From Carcharhinus amblyrhynchos (Eukaryota), in the NCBI GenBank assembly GCA_965287045.1, contig OZ336873.1, positions 36,208,001 to 36,272,000 on the forward strand: 64,000 nt of DNA. Direction: 5' to 3'. Position numbers and translations under genes: made by a program. Position 1 is the stretch's first letter, and the number at the start of each line of letters is the position of its first letter. The notes under the pieces were generated by a model. The model was not told where the DNA came from. It searched no databases and saw only the letters and a list, made by a program, of their open reading frames with translations. Below, piece by piece: positions 1 to 13,170 of this stretch.

Positions 1-66
1 TACAGAAAAAAGAGGTCTAGGCATTCAGGTTCATCATTTTGGCTTCATCCAACTTAATCCACATTT

Positions 67-327
67 TGACGTCAGTGATTTGACACTCAATGAGCTGATT
101 CGCTTATGATCACAAAAAGACAGAGTTCCACGCATTTTAGGCAGCCAATGACAATTGACTTTTTGAGACTGCAAGATCAACCTGTTGACTGCGTTTGACT
201 ATTCGGAGACCACTGTCTTACCAAGGTGGAAGGCTGCTGTTGTATTCATGAACATTTAAAAGTTGAACACTGGCAGAACTTTTATATTTGGACCAGCGAG
301 AACGCTTCTGAAACCCTGAACGTAAGT
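67..327 (+). promoter_or_regulatory. Candidate promoter and non-coding first exon ending at a strong splice donor
   Basis: Palindromic CRE TGACGTCA at 67-74, NF-Y-like AGCCAATGA (CCAAT 145-149), then AAC|GTAAGT donor at 321/322. No TE similarity recognised. Motif evidence only. Confidence 0.3.
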
Positions 328-944
328 GGAAATATATCAGTGTAACATTTCTAGATATTTGGTGAGCAATGTCTGGTTTATTTTGATGCTCTGATCAAAA
401 TAAGGGTAATTATAGGTGTTTGATGTTGTCACTTTAGTAAATTTGTATGGGGTTTGCTGCTGGCTTTGTGATTGCTGTGTTTTGGAAATCCAGAGAGCTA
501 ATTGCCCGCTGACGCAAGAGTAAATGAAGATGGCTAACTATAATCAGTCGGGTTCAACAGTACTATGATAAATGCTTCAAAACATGGTGCAAATCTGAGG
601 ACTCCCCACACATCCTGAAACATAAATTACTAAGGCCATAAATTTCCTGGCCATGTCTGGGTCCCACCAGCAGGAGAGCTGGGAAAAACTGCACTGCTGC
701 AATTCACAGAACCTCCAATGGGATTGCATGCCAAAGAGGCAGGTGCTGCCACTCAGTCAGATGGCCAGCAATTCCTCAGTCCCAGCCTTTCCACGAGGGG
801 TGATGACCATTGCTGGGACTGCAGGAGGCATGGAGCAGCAGTGGTAGAGGAAGCCCTGACATTAAGGTTTGTTCCATCGCGTGTGTCTGACTTTTGGGAT
901 GTCTTCTAAATGTGCTATTTTTCAAAGGACAATGGCTGCCATGA

Positions 945-1980
945 GTTATTGTCTACCTTGATAATTGGTTCAACAGAAGCTGGACACCTAGCTAACTTAG
1001 AGGAGGTGCTGAAGAAATTTCAAGAGGCTGGAGTTTGTCTGAAGAAGGAGAAATATACTTTTGAAGTCACTGAGGCAGTCTACTTGGGGTACCGGTAATG
1101 ATGCACAAGGATTACACCCCATGGAAGACAAGGACAAGGCCATAAGGGAGACACCAGCCTCGTGAATCTGAGTTCAAGTCATTTTTAGAAACGGTGAATT
1201 ACAATGGGTGTTTTTTACAGAATTTGACGGCGTTATTGAATATGCTGCTAAAGAGGCATTAGCATTGGTTTTGGAAGATGTCCCAGAGAGGAGCTTTTAA
1301 CATGTAAAGCAATTGCTGCATTCTTTAAACTTGTTGGTACATTTCAACCCGTCTAAGAAACTGGTGTTAACCTGTGATGCTCCTCCATATGGCTTTGGTG
1401 TGGAGTTGTCCCATGAAATGGATGATGGATCTGAAAGGTCAATAGGATATGTCTTGAAAACCTTCTCAAAAGCTGCAAAAAGGCTACTCATAAATTGAGA
1501 AAGAAGGATTATCAATAGTTTTTGGTGTCAAGATATTCCACCAGTATTTGTACAGTAGGCACTTTAGCATTGTTTCTAATCACACTCCACTTTTGGGTTT
1601 TCTAAAGAAGACAAAGCTATTCTACCCATCGCAAGGGCAAGAATTCAGCATGGGTGTTAATCCCCTCTGCCTACGAATATACCTTTAAGCATCAGCCCAG
1701 AACACACATTGTGATTGCGGGTGCACTTAGTTACTCACCATTGCAAGTGGCTGTTGCACCTCCCCTGGTGAAATTGTCACGATGTTGAATTTCTTGGGCA
1801 CGTTGTCAGTCTTGGCAAAACAGATCAATTAATGGCCCAGTTCTGTCCAAAGTGAGGCACAGGATACTAGTGAGTTGGGTTAATGAGCCAGGTTCTGAAG
1901 AGATGAAACCATATTTTAAATGAAAAGATGAGTTGAGTTGTCAAGATGATATCATTCTCTGGGGAGCAAGAGTAGTCATC
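945..1980 (+). mobile_element. Decayed Gypsy/Ty3 LTR-retrotransposon pol fragment (RT C-terminus, RNase H)
   Basis: Translations IIGSTEAGHLANLEEVLKKFQEAGVCLKKEK...YLGYR (RT) and LLVHFNPSKKLVLTCDAPPYGFGVELSH...IEKEGLSIVFGVKIFHQYLYSRHF (Gypsy RNase H DAS..G.G / EKE.L..V.GV..F..YL motifs). Many stops and frameshifts. Confidence 0.88.
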
Positions 1981-2969
1981 CATGACTGCATACCACTATG
2001 CCCTCACCTCTGCTGGGTCTGTTTTGACACAGGGACTGAGATGTTTGGCTTTCAACAACCATAAACATCATCCTTTGTGCAACAAACAATGGTGATTGCC
2101 AACTCCATCTCCCCGCCCCTCCCCCCCCCCCCCCAGCCGAGTTCTATTGCCCGTGTCCCAAATATTCTGTATGATCAATCAAGAACAATATTTTGTATTT
2201 ATAAAGTATCCTTAATGGGAAAAAAAGTCATGACATTCCACAGAGGGGGAAAGAGAATAGATAGAAGGAATTAAGGATCAGATCAAGAAGGTTGACTCGT
2301 AGGCAAGTTAGGAACTGTGACCCAAAGCTGGATTGAAACTAAATTTTCAGGAAGTGTTAAAAAATGGAGAGGCTGAATGGCATAAGGAGGAGATCCAGAC
2401 TGCAGTCCTTAGATGTTTGAACCTTATCCTATTAATGATGGGGATTATTCAAAACCTCAGCATCCAAAAACCAAATGGGTCAGGAAAGTCCATAATGACG
2501 GAGATGGTTCCAGAAATGATGAGGGATTATAAAAGTGAGGACAAGGAATTTTAATTAAATGTCACCAAGGAGAGTAGGACAGGGCAAGACAGCAAATCCT
2601 AAACCATGTGATTTGGTTCTACTTTTACAAAAAGAAATGATGAATTTGTAGAAAAGCTAAAAAAAGACTTCTTCAGTATTCTGTGATTTGTTCAAATGTC
2701 TCTGACTGTCAGGTAGCTTTCATTGTAGATATTTGTTCTTTTTTAGCACTGTGCTCCAAATCAATGCCTGCAAAGTTCAGCCTATTTAAGCTTCATTACT
2801 GGCTGTTTGATGTTCCAGCAGGCAATTTCTAATGTCTGTTTCATATTCAATATGGATTATCGAGTCCTCCAGCTCACAAAGTGCTGTGTATGGAGTCATC
2901 TGGTGAAAAAAACGATGTTGCATTTTTTACTGTCAAAGTTTATAAACTGAACGTCGATTAAAAGGAATT

Positions 2970-3249
2970 AAAGTTTATTTATTACTCAGAAGTAAAGCTT
3001 ACATTAACGCTGCAATGAAGTTACTGTGAAATTCTCTCAGCCGCCACACTCCGGCACCTGTTTGGGTCAATGCATCGAACCAGCAATGTCTTTCAGATTG
3101 TGGGAGGAAACTGGAGCATCCGGAGGAAATCCAAGCAGACACAGGGAGAATGTACAAACTTCACACAGACAATGACCCAAGCTGGGGATCAAACTTGGGT
3201 CCCTGGCACTGTGACGTAGCAGTGCTAACCACTGTCCTACTGTGCCCCG
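2970..3249 (-). mobile_element. HE1/V-SINE-type tRNA-derived SINE, tail type B
   Basis: Reverse complement of tRNA head (GTGGTTAGCACTGCT..CAGGGACCC..GTTCGA), V-domain (GTCTGTGTGGAGTTTG..GGTTTCCTCC) and tail ACAGTAACTTCATTGCAG.GTTAATGTAAGC..AATAAA. Confidence 0.92.
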
Positions 3250-4043
3250 TATTTAGTTTTAAGAAGGGAAAAAGAAAGGGGCATAACACTCAAAAGCCCT
3301 GCGTTATGGAGCTGCTCGGGATAATCCTTGACCAAAACTAGTCCATCTCTTTTCTGCCCTTTTTTGCAAAGGTACATTCTAGAAGGAGATGGGCAAAGGT
3401 CACTTCCCCTTTGCAGCTGCCGGGTGGGTGCGGAGACGGTGAGACTCCAAACATACAGGAAGGATCTGACAGAGAGGGCTTTTCTCATCACCAGTCAAGC
3501 TAGGCCTTGGTACTTGTTTGAAAGCTTGAGCAATGAGGCATTGTTCCAAATGACTTTGATGGTCTGTTCAGGGAACCAACCAACAGGATTCACTGGGTGG
3601 AATTTTCTCAGAAATCGGTAAAATATTTGGATGGGTTAAGTGGCGTTTAGCCCATTGATGCCAATGGTACCGTGGCCTGCCATATTGTGTGGCACTTTGA
3701 TGAAAATATGTGGGGTCAGGGGTTTCATGTCTGAGCACTGGCGGGGCTGAACACTGATTCCCCTTCCCTATCATCACACCAAGCTTTTAGTAAGATGAGC
3801 ACCATTTTTATAGGGCATCCTGCACTGAGCTAGCTCTCTGAAAAGGATAGGAAGCTTTCAGGAGTTCTGGTCACCAAATGCAAGCCCAAGCATTCAGATT
3901 GATGCTTGATGAAAACTCCACCTACATCTGCCCCACACCACATGACAGAGTGGTGGCAGCTTTGACCACTCAGTTGCTTGCTCTTGACACAAGCACTGGC
4001 ATTAGCCTAACCTGAGGTCCCAGGCTGAGCAGTTTGCTTGGAC

Positions 4044-4364
4044 CAGTGGCACAGTGGTTAGCACTGCTGCCTCACAGCACCTGGGACCCGGGTTCAATTC
4101 TGGCCTCGGATCACTGTCTGTGTAGGGTTTGCACATTCTCCCCATGTCTGCATGGGTTTCCTCTGGGTGCTCCAGTTTCCTCCCAATAGTCCAAAGATAC
4201 GCAGGTTAGATTGATTGGCCATGCTAAATTGACCCTAGTATTAGGCGACTAGCAGGGTAAGTATGTGGGGTTATGGGAATAGGGCCTGAGTGGATTGTGG
4301 TTGCTGCAGACTCAGTGGGCCGAATGGCCTCCTTCTGAGCTGTAGGGATTCTATGAATCTATGA
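4044..4364 (+). mobile_element. HE1 SINE with HER1/CR1-type tail (type A)
   Basis: tRNA head, V-domain and tail GGGCCGAATGGCCTCCTTCTG..TGTAGGGATTCTATGAATCTATGA. Confidence 0.92.
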
Positions 4365-5304
4365 GGGTTAATGATCCATGCCTATGTAACAATAATTCTG
4401 GAGGTTCTAAATACCACTCTCAGAAGGTGCTCCATGCCTAGAGGATACTCAAACTTGCCCAATTGCCCAATGGTTCTGCAGCCCCATAAGTTGATTCTGA
4501 AGCTTGCAGACTAGGAGTTAAGACTGCAGGAGAAATTGTTGGCACTCTGAGGAATTAGTGTTGCTTGATTGGGCTTAAATTGCTTCAGAAGCCAGGCTCC
4601 AAGCATGACAGTGGAGAGATAATGAACTGTCTCAGCTGTGGAAGAATGCTCAATCTTGAAGTGCTTTGCCAATTGCACGCACAATTGCACCCCCTGCCCC
4701 CCTCAAACCCCCACTCTGTACTGCTGTGCTCGCTCTCAAGTCCCCTTCTCTCTCTTCTCTCTTGCACTGCTCTCATTGTCCCAGCAACACAGACCTGCCA
4801 TGAAGAAGTTGTTGTGGAGACCTGTCCCTGCTCCCACCAATCCTGGATGCATGGAGCTTGCATTGGGATCCTGTGAACTCTGCACTAAGGTCTGTGCACT
4901 AACCTCTGAATTCCCTTTGAAGTTCAGGTCGGCAAGTGTGTACCTTTTGAACCGAGTTGTAAATGCACCCTTCTGAAATCATGCTGATGTGGGATTTAAA
5001 TTTGACACGGGGGAATGATTCAGGTGTGTGTCCACAATAATAAGGTGCAGACTTGTTAAAATTAAGTTCCCGACATTTGGCAGAGGCAAATGCAGCCCAC
5101 CATTAAAGGGGGGAGGGGACAGTCTTTGTCCTGCAGGATCTCGAAGACAGGACATGTGAACCGTTGTCTGATGCACTCTTGATTAAAGGGTTTGTTTCTG
5201 CACGTATTGCAAGGTCCAACAGAATGGAGCATTCCCCAGCAATGTGACCACACCCATCCTTCACAACACTGGGGAAAATGGAACTTAATCACACATTGAT
5301 ACTT

Positions 5305-6417
5305 GGGCTAGAATTTTACTGCCCTGCCTGCCCGCCATGGGAATGGTAGTGGGTGAAGGGCGGACAATGGGAAGGTCCGTTGACTTCGGGCAGGATTTTA
5401 CAGTTTGGGATGAGCAAGGCCATTCAAATCCCACAGTTAGTATTGGCACAGCCTTTTGCAACTGCAAATACATCCTTCTTAGATAGCCAGTGGAACTTTC
5501 TGTGTTTTGCACAGAGTGCTGGCCGAGGCGAGAGAACTGGTGTGCAGCTCAGCAGCTGTAAGGTCGACCTTTCTCACCACATTGTGCAGCACCCTCTGCA
5601 AAAAACCCCTCTGCTGGGAAGGATCCTGGGGGGGGGGGGGCGGGGTGGCAGGGGAAGGAACAGCAATAATGGGAATCACAGGCACCCCAATTACCAATTT
5701 AAAAAAATGTACACTCGGGCCCTTCCCCATACACACAAGGAAAATTGTAATGACTTCAATCAGGCCATTGAAGTTAGCCTATTGGAATACAAACTCTCTG
5801 ATTAAGGAGCCAATTGATGGGCCAATCAGGGAGACTTTTCCTTTCTATATAACCAGGAGAGTCAGTTCCCCTTCCATTGCGGACTGACAGCACTCTGTAT
5901 ACTACTGTTGGAATTGTAAATGAAGAAATTCTGGTGAAGGGACAACTGCCTCCATGAACTTATTACAAAAAATTCCCCCTCCTGGACATGAAAACACCCC
6001 CCACTCCTCACCGATAAGGGGAACCCTCCAATAGAGCTCCACAGAGGGACTTCTCCTTGACATTCCCCCCATACTGCCCCTGGCACCCTGGCATTAACCT
6101 GTGCACCCTCTGCCCCCCGCCCCCCTCCTCCCAGCTGATACTGTCTGCCTATTTGCCATCCTTTAAAAACCTGTTGTAATCCTTACTGGGTAAGATCCCA
6201 ATATAAGGGGGCAATATGCCAGGGAAGCCTTTTAATGACATTATAATTTATTTAAATGAGGTTCCTGTCCTTCCTGGACGGGAACCTCATTATGTCACCA
6301 GGGGGAAAGGGGTGCAGGAAAAATCTGAAAACAAGATATCACCGGCAAGATTCACCTTTTCTGACTCGCAAATACCCAGTCAGCAGGTGGTATGAGGCTA
6401 ATGCAAAATCTCTCACT
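5305..6417. mobile_element. Non-autonomous DNA-transposon-like (probably Harbinger-type) element with a nested solo LTR
   Basis: Begins GGGCTAGAATTTTAC and ends GCAAAATCTCTC, with a GC-rich interior. Similar ends recur on other elements in the window. Confidence 0.5.
5746..5967 (+). mobile_element. Short solo LTR (Gypsy-like)
   Basis: TGTAAT...ATTACA inverted termini, internal CCAAT and TATATAA. A related copy lies on the minus strand at 12801-13028. Confidence 0.7.
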
Positions 6418-6430
6418 ATAACACTTGTCA

Positions 6431-6974
6431 TGATGTGGAGATGCTGGTGTTGGACTGGGGTGGGCACAGTAAGAAGTCTCACACCACCAGATTAAAGTCC
6501 AATAGGTTTATTTGGGAGCACAAGCTTTCAGAGTGCTGCTCCTTCATTCAGGTGACTGGAGAGTTGGGTTCACAAGCAAGGAATATATAGACACAGGTAA
6601 TCAAGTCTTTACAGCTGCAGACAATGCGAGTGGAGAGAGGGTTAAGCACAGGTTAAAGAGGTGTGAATTGTCACAAGCCAGGACAGTTATTAAGATTTCG
6701 CAAGCCCAGGCCAAATGGTTACAGATAGTGCGACATGAATCCGAGATCCTGGTTAAGGCCCTCCTCATGTGTGCGGAACTTGGCTATCAGTTTCTGCTCA
6801 GCCATTCTGCGTTGTGTGTCTTGAAGGCTGCCTTGGAGAATGCTTACCCGAAGATCGGAAGCTGAACGCCCTTGGCTGCTGAAGTGCTCCCCTACAGGAA
6901 GGGAACACTCCTTCCTGGTGATTGTCGAGCGGTGTCCATTCATCCATCGTCGTAGCGTCTGCATGGTGTTGCCG
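6431..6974 (-). mobile_element. 5'-truncated Penelope-like element (GIY-YIG C-terminus plus pLTR)
   Basis: Minus ORF IGNTMQTLRRWMNGHRSTI...PVGEHFS...DLRVSIL...AEQKLIAKFRTHEEGLN matches the Penelope GIY-YIG C-terminus. Perfect 13-bp TSD ATAACACTTGTCA at 6418-6430 and 6975-6987. Confidence 0.92.
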
Positions 6975-7894
6975 ATAACACTTGTCACTAATATTTGGTT
7001 TGTAGCACTAAATCTTTTTTGTTAAAACTTTAAAAATTTCCTGCAGAAGATCAGTAACGTCTTACATCTTGTTAAAAAAAATCTAAATTGAATTAAAACA
7101 TCTTACTGCTTTAAGCAACAAACGTGCCTAGCATAGTACAGTGAAATGAAGTCCAGTGTGGTACATGGGATAGGACAGATCATTGATATAAACCTGTTGT
7201 CTCCTGTAAATTATTCAGATTGCTGCAGGCACTTTCTTTGCTCAGAATTATAATGATTTTTCTCTTGTTGCCTTTTAAAGATCGCTTGCTTGCTACATTT
7301 GGCATGCGTGGTCTGCGACCGATTATGTTAAGTGCTGTCTTCTGGTAGTACTGGGATTGGGAACATTCCGGGGACTTCAGCAAAAGTTCTCCTGTGCTTT
7401 GAACTTGGTAATTAAAGAGTGTTTTGGCCTTAGATGATTTATACAGCAAAACATCTGCAAGAACAGATCAAATGCTGTAAAACAGAACTAAAGAAATAGA
7501 CAGAACCACAGGTGATTTCTATTCTCATTCCTGCTTCTTGGTGTTTCAGGAATGATACCTTAGCTGAAGAGGTTTGAGACCCACATCTACAATTCTTTCA
7601 GCCTCTTGAAGTGGCAGCTTTCTTCAGTTTGGAGCTGCTTTGGAAAAAACCTTTGGAAAATATTTGACTGGGATTGAGACAGTTCCAGAAGAGTACCACA
7701 CAAATAGAGAAACACTTTCACTCTGGTTCTTGACTTGATAAGTAGGATTCTGCAAATGTTTCCTCCCGGATTTACTTTAAAATAATAACTGTTGTTTTAC
7801 CATTTCTTCTACCATCTGGAGAGGGGATAAGAGAAATCAGACATTAGTTTACTAATCCCTGAGGAAAAAATCCTTGCAACTTGCAAAACAAACA

Positions 7895-8418
7895 AATGTG
7901 ATGTGAGAAAAAGCTTTGCCTGGAATGCACTGCCAGGAAGTGTGGTGGAGGCATCTGAGAGGGCACCCGAGAGGGCGTTTGATGATAATTTAAATAAAAG
8001 CAATGCACAAGGGTATGAGGAAAAGATAGGAGATAATGCTAATTTGGTGGCATGGTTGCACAGTAGTCAGCATTGCTGCCTCACAGCGCCAGGGACACGG
8101 GTTCAATTCCTGGCTTAGGTCATTGTCTGTGCAGAGTCTGCATATTCCCCCCATGTCTGTGTGGCCTTCCGCCGAGTGCTCTGGTTTCCTTCCACAGTCC
8201 GAAAGAAGTGTTAGTTAGGCATATTGGCTGTACTAAATCCTCTCATAGTGTACCTGAACAGGCGCTGGACTGTGGTGACTCGGGATTTTCACAGTAACTT
8301 CATTGCAGTGTTAATGTAAGCCTACTTATGACACTAATAAATTAATTAATTTTGTGAACTGTTGCAACACAATGGGCAGAATGGCCTCCTTCTGCCTCAT
8401 AAGAATTCTGTGATTCTG
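7895..8418 (+). mobile_element. CR1 3' fragment interrupted by a tail-B HE1-type SINE (8046-8341, +)
   Basis: WNALPGSVVEA CR1 C-terminal motif. The CR1 tail ATGGGCAGAATGGCCTCCTTCTG..ATTCTGTGATTCTG resumes after the SINE. Confidence 0.8.
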
Positions 8419-8494
8419 TATTTTGGTTGAAAAAACAATTAATTCACTGCAACAAAAATAAAACATGTTGGAAACATTTAGCAGATCAAGCAGA

Positions 8495-8830
8495 GAAGAC
8501 GAGGTTGAGAGGAGATTGATAAAGGTGTTCAAATCACGATAGTGAGAGATTGTTTGTATTGAAGGAAGATTGGGAATTAGAGGATACCAATGTAACGTGA
8601 TTGGTAACTAAATGTAACATGAGGAAGAACTTCTTTTATGTAGTGAGCAATTCCGATTTGGAATGCACTGCCAGAGAGTGTGATAGGGCCAGATTCAACT
8701 GTGGCCTGCAAAAAGGAATTGGATAATTATCTGAAGCAAAAATATTTACTAGGCCACAGGAGAAAGACAGAGGAGTGGGATTAGTTAAGTTGCTTTTGCA
8801 GCAAGCCATCATGGACAAAAGAGCTTGCAC
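8495..8830 (+). mobile_element. Degenerate CR1 3' fragment
   Basis: GAGGAGATTGATAAAGGTGTTCAAA..TGGAATGCACTGCCAGAGAGTGTG CR1 ORF2 C-terminal motifs. Confidence 0.65.
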
Positions 8831-8884
8831 TCCTTAAAGCCAGCCTGCATTTTTTAAAAAGAAGATATGTTCTGATTGAGAAAG

Positions 8885-10500
8885 TGCTGGAATTGTCTCG
8901 TGAAATATTTCTCACAAGGAATGAAGACTACCAATGGAGTAGATCAGAGCGGGGATACCTAATGGTGCTGGAGGCCTTCACCCAGGAGGGAGAAAGAAGG
9001 AGGCCCTCAACACAGTATGAAGGGAATGGGAGTGGGTCGCCATGCAGATTAAGGTTAGGAGTGTGGCCCAAGGCTCTGGATGCAGTGCAGTAAAAAATTT
9101 AATAACCTCACATAAGCAGTCAAGGTCAGTGAATAGATCGTTAAATGTCATCTCCTACTCAGTGTGTCACCAATCATACACATGTTCAATGCACCAAATC
9201 CCCATCACTCACCCATCAACCATTTCTAGAAATCAAATTCATATGCTTCATCTCACCCTCATACACTTACTAATGCTACAAGTCTCACGTCCTCATCTTA
9301 CAGTTTCCACATTCTTCCAGATATTCATCTATGACAGTTGCTCGAACACTTTGCAACACACTCATTGGCACTCTTCCCTCTGACTTGCAGGACAGGTGTC
9401 ACAGGACAGAATAAGCTGCAAGAGGATGGTGGAGAATAGATACACAAAGAACAAAGAACAAAGAACAACACAGCATGGGAAACAGGCCCTTTGGCCCAAG
9501 AAGCCCGCACTGCCACCTGCATCTTCTGAGCCCCTTGGAGGAGATGGTGCCAGAAATGATTGGCACCACAGTCAGTGATGTCCTTGCAACCAACGTCACT
9601 GAAACCATCCAGGATGATAGTATGTTCCTGTCTTTGGCACTTCCTGAAATCCCACTGCATCTGCATCCTGCTATCTGGTATGATATAAAACTGTAATTGC
9701 GATGACCAGAAACACCTTGCTGTCCCCCCCACACCTCTTTCAATCATGCCTATCCTTCCCTTCCACACTTTTGCTTCCTGATACCCAGAACGTATTACAG
9801 AGTCAGAATGGGGATATGGTAAATCACTTGGCACAAGAAGGTGCTAGATAGGGAAAGGATAGTGTGAGTGCCAGCTCCCTTGAGGGTGAAGACACAACAA
9901 GTTCTGCTACAGAAGACTTGGATAAAGGTGTTGATAGCATACATACAGGAGAAGACTGAGGGGTTGGGGGGTGGAGGGGAGGTGAGGGAGGGTGGGCTGC
10001 CACAGAGATATTGTAGACCGGAGCTCAGTTCATAAGGTCAAGGTGGTCTTGCAAAGTCATTCACGGTACTCCCCTCTAAAAGGCTTCAAACTTTTACCAA
10101 CTATGTTGCAGCAATTGGGAAAACACAAGAGGCCAGATAAAGAAACCTGCAGTGGAACAGGCACTAGAGGAATGTAAAGGTAAAGAGTTGAGTTTTGGGT
10201 GTAATATTTTTGCATGTCTTGGTGGAATTCTTTATGTTGCATTTTATTTCAGGATTTTGGGCTGATGGGCTGGAAGATTCCAGTCAGGCCTTCATCAGTA
10301 TCCCTTCAGTGGGATGCGCATTGGTTTCAGGCTCGCCTCTGGCGGGTTTTCCAAACCACTGTTCCGGGCACCAGAATAAGATCCCGTGGGAAATTCACAG
10401 TGATGTAAAACTGACTTTTGGATTCCTGCTGACTTCTTCACCTCCCCAGCCCACAACCGAACCTGCTGGCGGGGTACGGGGCAGGGAAGAATTCAAGTTG
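8885..10500. mobile_element. Decayed PIF/Harbinger-type element (Myb/SANT relic)
   Basis: Residual CAGTGCAGTAAAAAATTTAATAACCTC (QCxKKFNxL-like end of the Myb_DNA-bind_5 domain) near 9085-9110, and an exon-2-like TTGCAG|GACAGG at about 9390. Boundaries are approximate. Confidence 0.5.
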
Positions 10501-11027
10501 CAGTCTTTTCATTAGTGAATTTATTATTTCTTTCCACCATTATGAAACTCTAAATCTTATTTCTTACGTGAATGAATTGAAAGGTTCCAGTCAAAAGTTG
10601 GTTTGTGACTGAACTGATGTATCAGCTGCATTGATACTTCAGGCAAGGATTGTCCCCATAAGGGAGCCACAGCTTTCTGACTGAGCTGAGACACACTTAG
10701 ACCAAGTAAAGGTTTCACACATCAGTTCCATTTCCTGGCATCCAAATTCCATTTTAATTTAATGTAAGGAAGGAACCACTGAAGAGATCAACTCCTTACT
10801 TTAAAAAATATTTTAAAATCTTCCAGCATTGACTGCAGATATACTGTGAAGCTGTAGTGGTGTGTGACTTTAAACAAAAGTGAGTATTCTTGTGATTATG
10901 CATGAAAATATTTTATATTGTACATATATTATACATTTTTAAGCATATGCAATATCTATTTATGTGTAAGTCTGTATGAAGAATCCTGCATGAATGAGAA
11001 AAGTGGACAACTTGTTTTTAAGGGCAA

Positions 11028-11303
11028 AGTTTATTTATTTGTTATTTGCTCGTGTCACAACTAGGCTTACATTGCAGTGAAGTTACTGTGAAAATCCCCT
11101 AGTGGCTACACTCTGGCACTTGCTCGGATACACTGAAAGAGAATTTGCATAGCCAATGCACCTAACCCACACATCTTTGGACTATGGGAGAAAACTGGAG
11201 TAAACCCATGCAGACACAGGGAGAACGTGTAAACTCTGCACAGATAGTGATCCAAGCTGGGAATCGAACTTGGGTCCCTGGCACTGTGAACCACTGTGCC
11301 ATT
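11028..11303 (-). mobile_element. HE1-type SINE, tail B
   Basis: Same head, V-domain and tail as the other copies. Confidence 0.9.
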
Positions 11304-12800
11304 GTATCATTCCTAAGTACCAACCAGAGGAGACTTTCCTGGGTTTCTGATTACATGCACATGATCTTTGGAGTTAAGCAAATACTAGAAAAGTATGTGG
11401 GTTACCTAAAACACATATTCTGTTAATCTTTTTCCTTTTCATCCTGTTTAGGATTTGGCCTGGACACAGATCTAGGAAAAGCTTCTCTATTGTTTATGAT
11501 TTACTAACAGTGTGACGAATGTACAGTATATACCAGTCTTTGCATAGCTCCCGATGGGAATATTATCAGGAGTTCCTTATCCTGGAATTATCGTAGATAT
11601 GTTTTTATCAAATTTCTGACTTAAAATTGACCTCACAGCATGTTTGCGAATGGATTCTAGGTGAAACCAGTTTCTGGGCTATAATGGCTGCAATTAGTTT
11701 GCGTTATGATCTGAAGTTTTCCATACCAATACTCACCACCAGTACTGGGAGGCTATTACCATATATTAAAATAAATGGTAATAGAGATGGACTTCTCAAA
11801 TCGAATGAATTGCAATCCCATTGCACCAATGGTAACTTCAGCTTAAATAAAAGTTGTGTTTGTGTTGTCAGTATAAGCTGATACTCATGGAAAGGGATAT
11901 TTTGGAGCCTAAAAGCAACAGAAACTTTCAAATAGGAGATTGTCTCTAACAGCCTGAGGGCTTTCGAGACCACCAGAATTGCTTTGACCTTACACACAGC
12001 AAGAGGCTTGGAGCACCAGGTATAGGATTCCCTGTGGATGTTCCCTTGTATGCAATTTAAATCGAAAGAAGGAGAATAAGACAGCATTTGAAAAGTCAGT
12101 ATCCTACAAGATATTACCATCCCCTGTAAATGTTACGGGTCTTGTAAATACTATGAGGACCAATGAAACTTTAGCTCTAGCTGTGTTACAAGAGTGTGCT
12201 TCATTATAGAGGCTATAGAAGACAAGCAGCCAAGATGATGGGCAGAATCTTCCCCCAGACTTCAGGACCCCAACTGTAGGCGGGCTTCAATGCTGCTGAC
12301 CAAATCAGAGGATTGGAGCAATGGCTGCTCTACCTGGAGAGCTGAACGCTTCTGATGCAGGTCCACAAAGGGTATTGGAAATCGGGAACTCTTAATGCCA
12401 ATAAGTTGTGGATGCTGCGTGAACTGACATTTTCAAGATCGAAAATGATAATTTTTCTGTTAAGTAATGGAGTCAAATGATGTGAAAGAGAGGAGGATAA
12501 ATGAAGTTGAGGTACAGATAAGCCATAATCTAGTAGAACAAGTGTGAGAGTCTGTGTGGTCTAGTCTATATTTAGCCAACACTTACACTGTATGATTTTG
12601 GAAGTGATGGGGTGTTCCCAGCCGATGCAGAGGCTACCAATTCAATGAAGATAACTTGCCTGCCACAGGCCACCGGAACGAAAGACTCCACAAAAAGGGG
12701 GCTGCATTGGTGAAAGGCAAACATGGCTGAGCCCAATCCATGGAAGGGCCTTCCTCTTCACCTCAGTTCACCTACAAGGTTCAGATTTTCATGACACTTT

Positions 12801-13028
12801 TGAAATAACTCCTCAGAGGCTGGTGTCCTTTCACCAGATTGCCTTTATTTACAAACACTATTCCCCTCCTAGAGTGCTTCAGGTACAAAGTCAGAATCAG
12901 GAGTTCCTGTGGCCCTGACATTCCCATCTTCATATACAGGCTCCCTGATGGGGCAGGCAATTACAACCTCAATCAGGAAGCTCATACTCCAAGAGCCCAA
13001 CCTCATGGTGCTCATTGAAGTCATTACA
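12801..13028 (-). mobile_element. Short solo LTR, same family as 5746-5967
   Basis: Minus strand starts TGTAATGACTTCAAT, identical to the 5746 copy, and contains AATAAA..CTGGTGAAAGGACA. Confidence 0.65.
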
Positions 13029-13036
13029 TGTTCTGA

Positions 13037-13170
13037 TTTTGATTTGATTTGATTTATTATTGTCAAATGTATTAATATGCATTGAAAAGTATTGTTTCTT
13101 ACGTGCTATACAGACAGGCATACCGTTCATAGAGAAGGAAATGAGAGACTGGAATGTAGTGTTACAAACA
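13037..13170 (-). mobile_element. LINE 3' end with (ATCAA)n tail (Rex-Babar/L2-like)
   Basis: TTTGATTTGATTTGATTTATTATTGTC..AAAAGTATTGTTTCTT..GCTATACAG; minus-strand AATAAA followed by a microsatellite tail. Confidence 0.6.

Noticed and set aside
4044-4110. tRNA genes at SINE heads
   Set aside because: These are tRNA-derived SINE 5' ends followed by V-domain and LINE tails, not complete cloverleaf tRNAs.
4810-5268. Possible LTR (TGTTGTG...CACAACA)
   Set aside because: No target-site duplication at any candidate boundary.
7180-7800. Coding-looking unique sequence (89-aa minus ORF and several splice-like sites)
   Set aside because: Every acceptor/donor pair tried contains stops and no protein family was recognisable; possibly an ancient TE or pseudogene.
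11450-12120. 138-aa minus ORF and a strong plus-strand acceptor at about 11450
   Set aside because: No recognisable domain and no matching donor giving an open exon.
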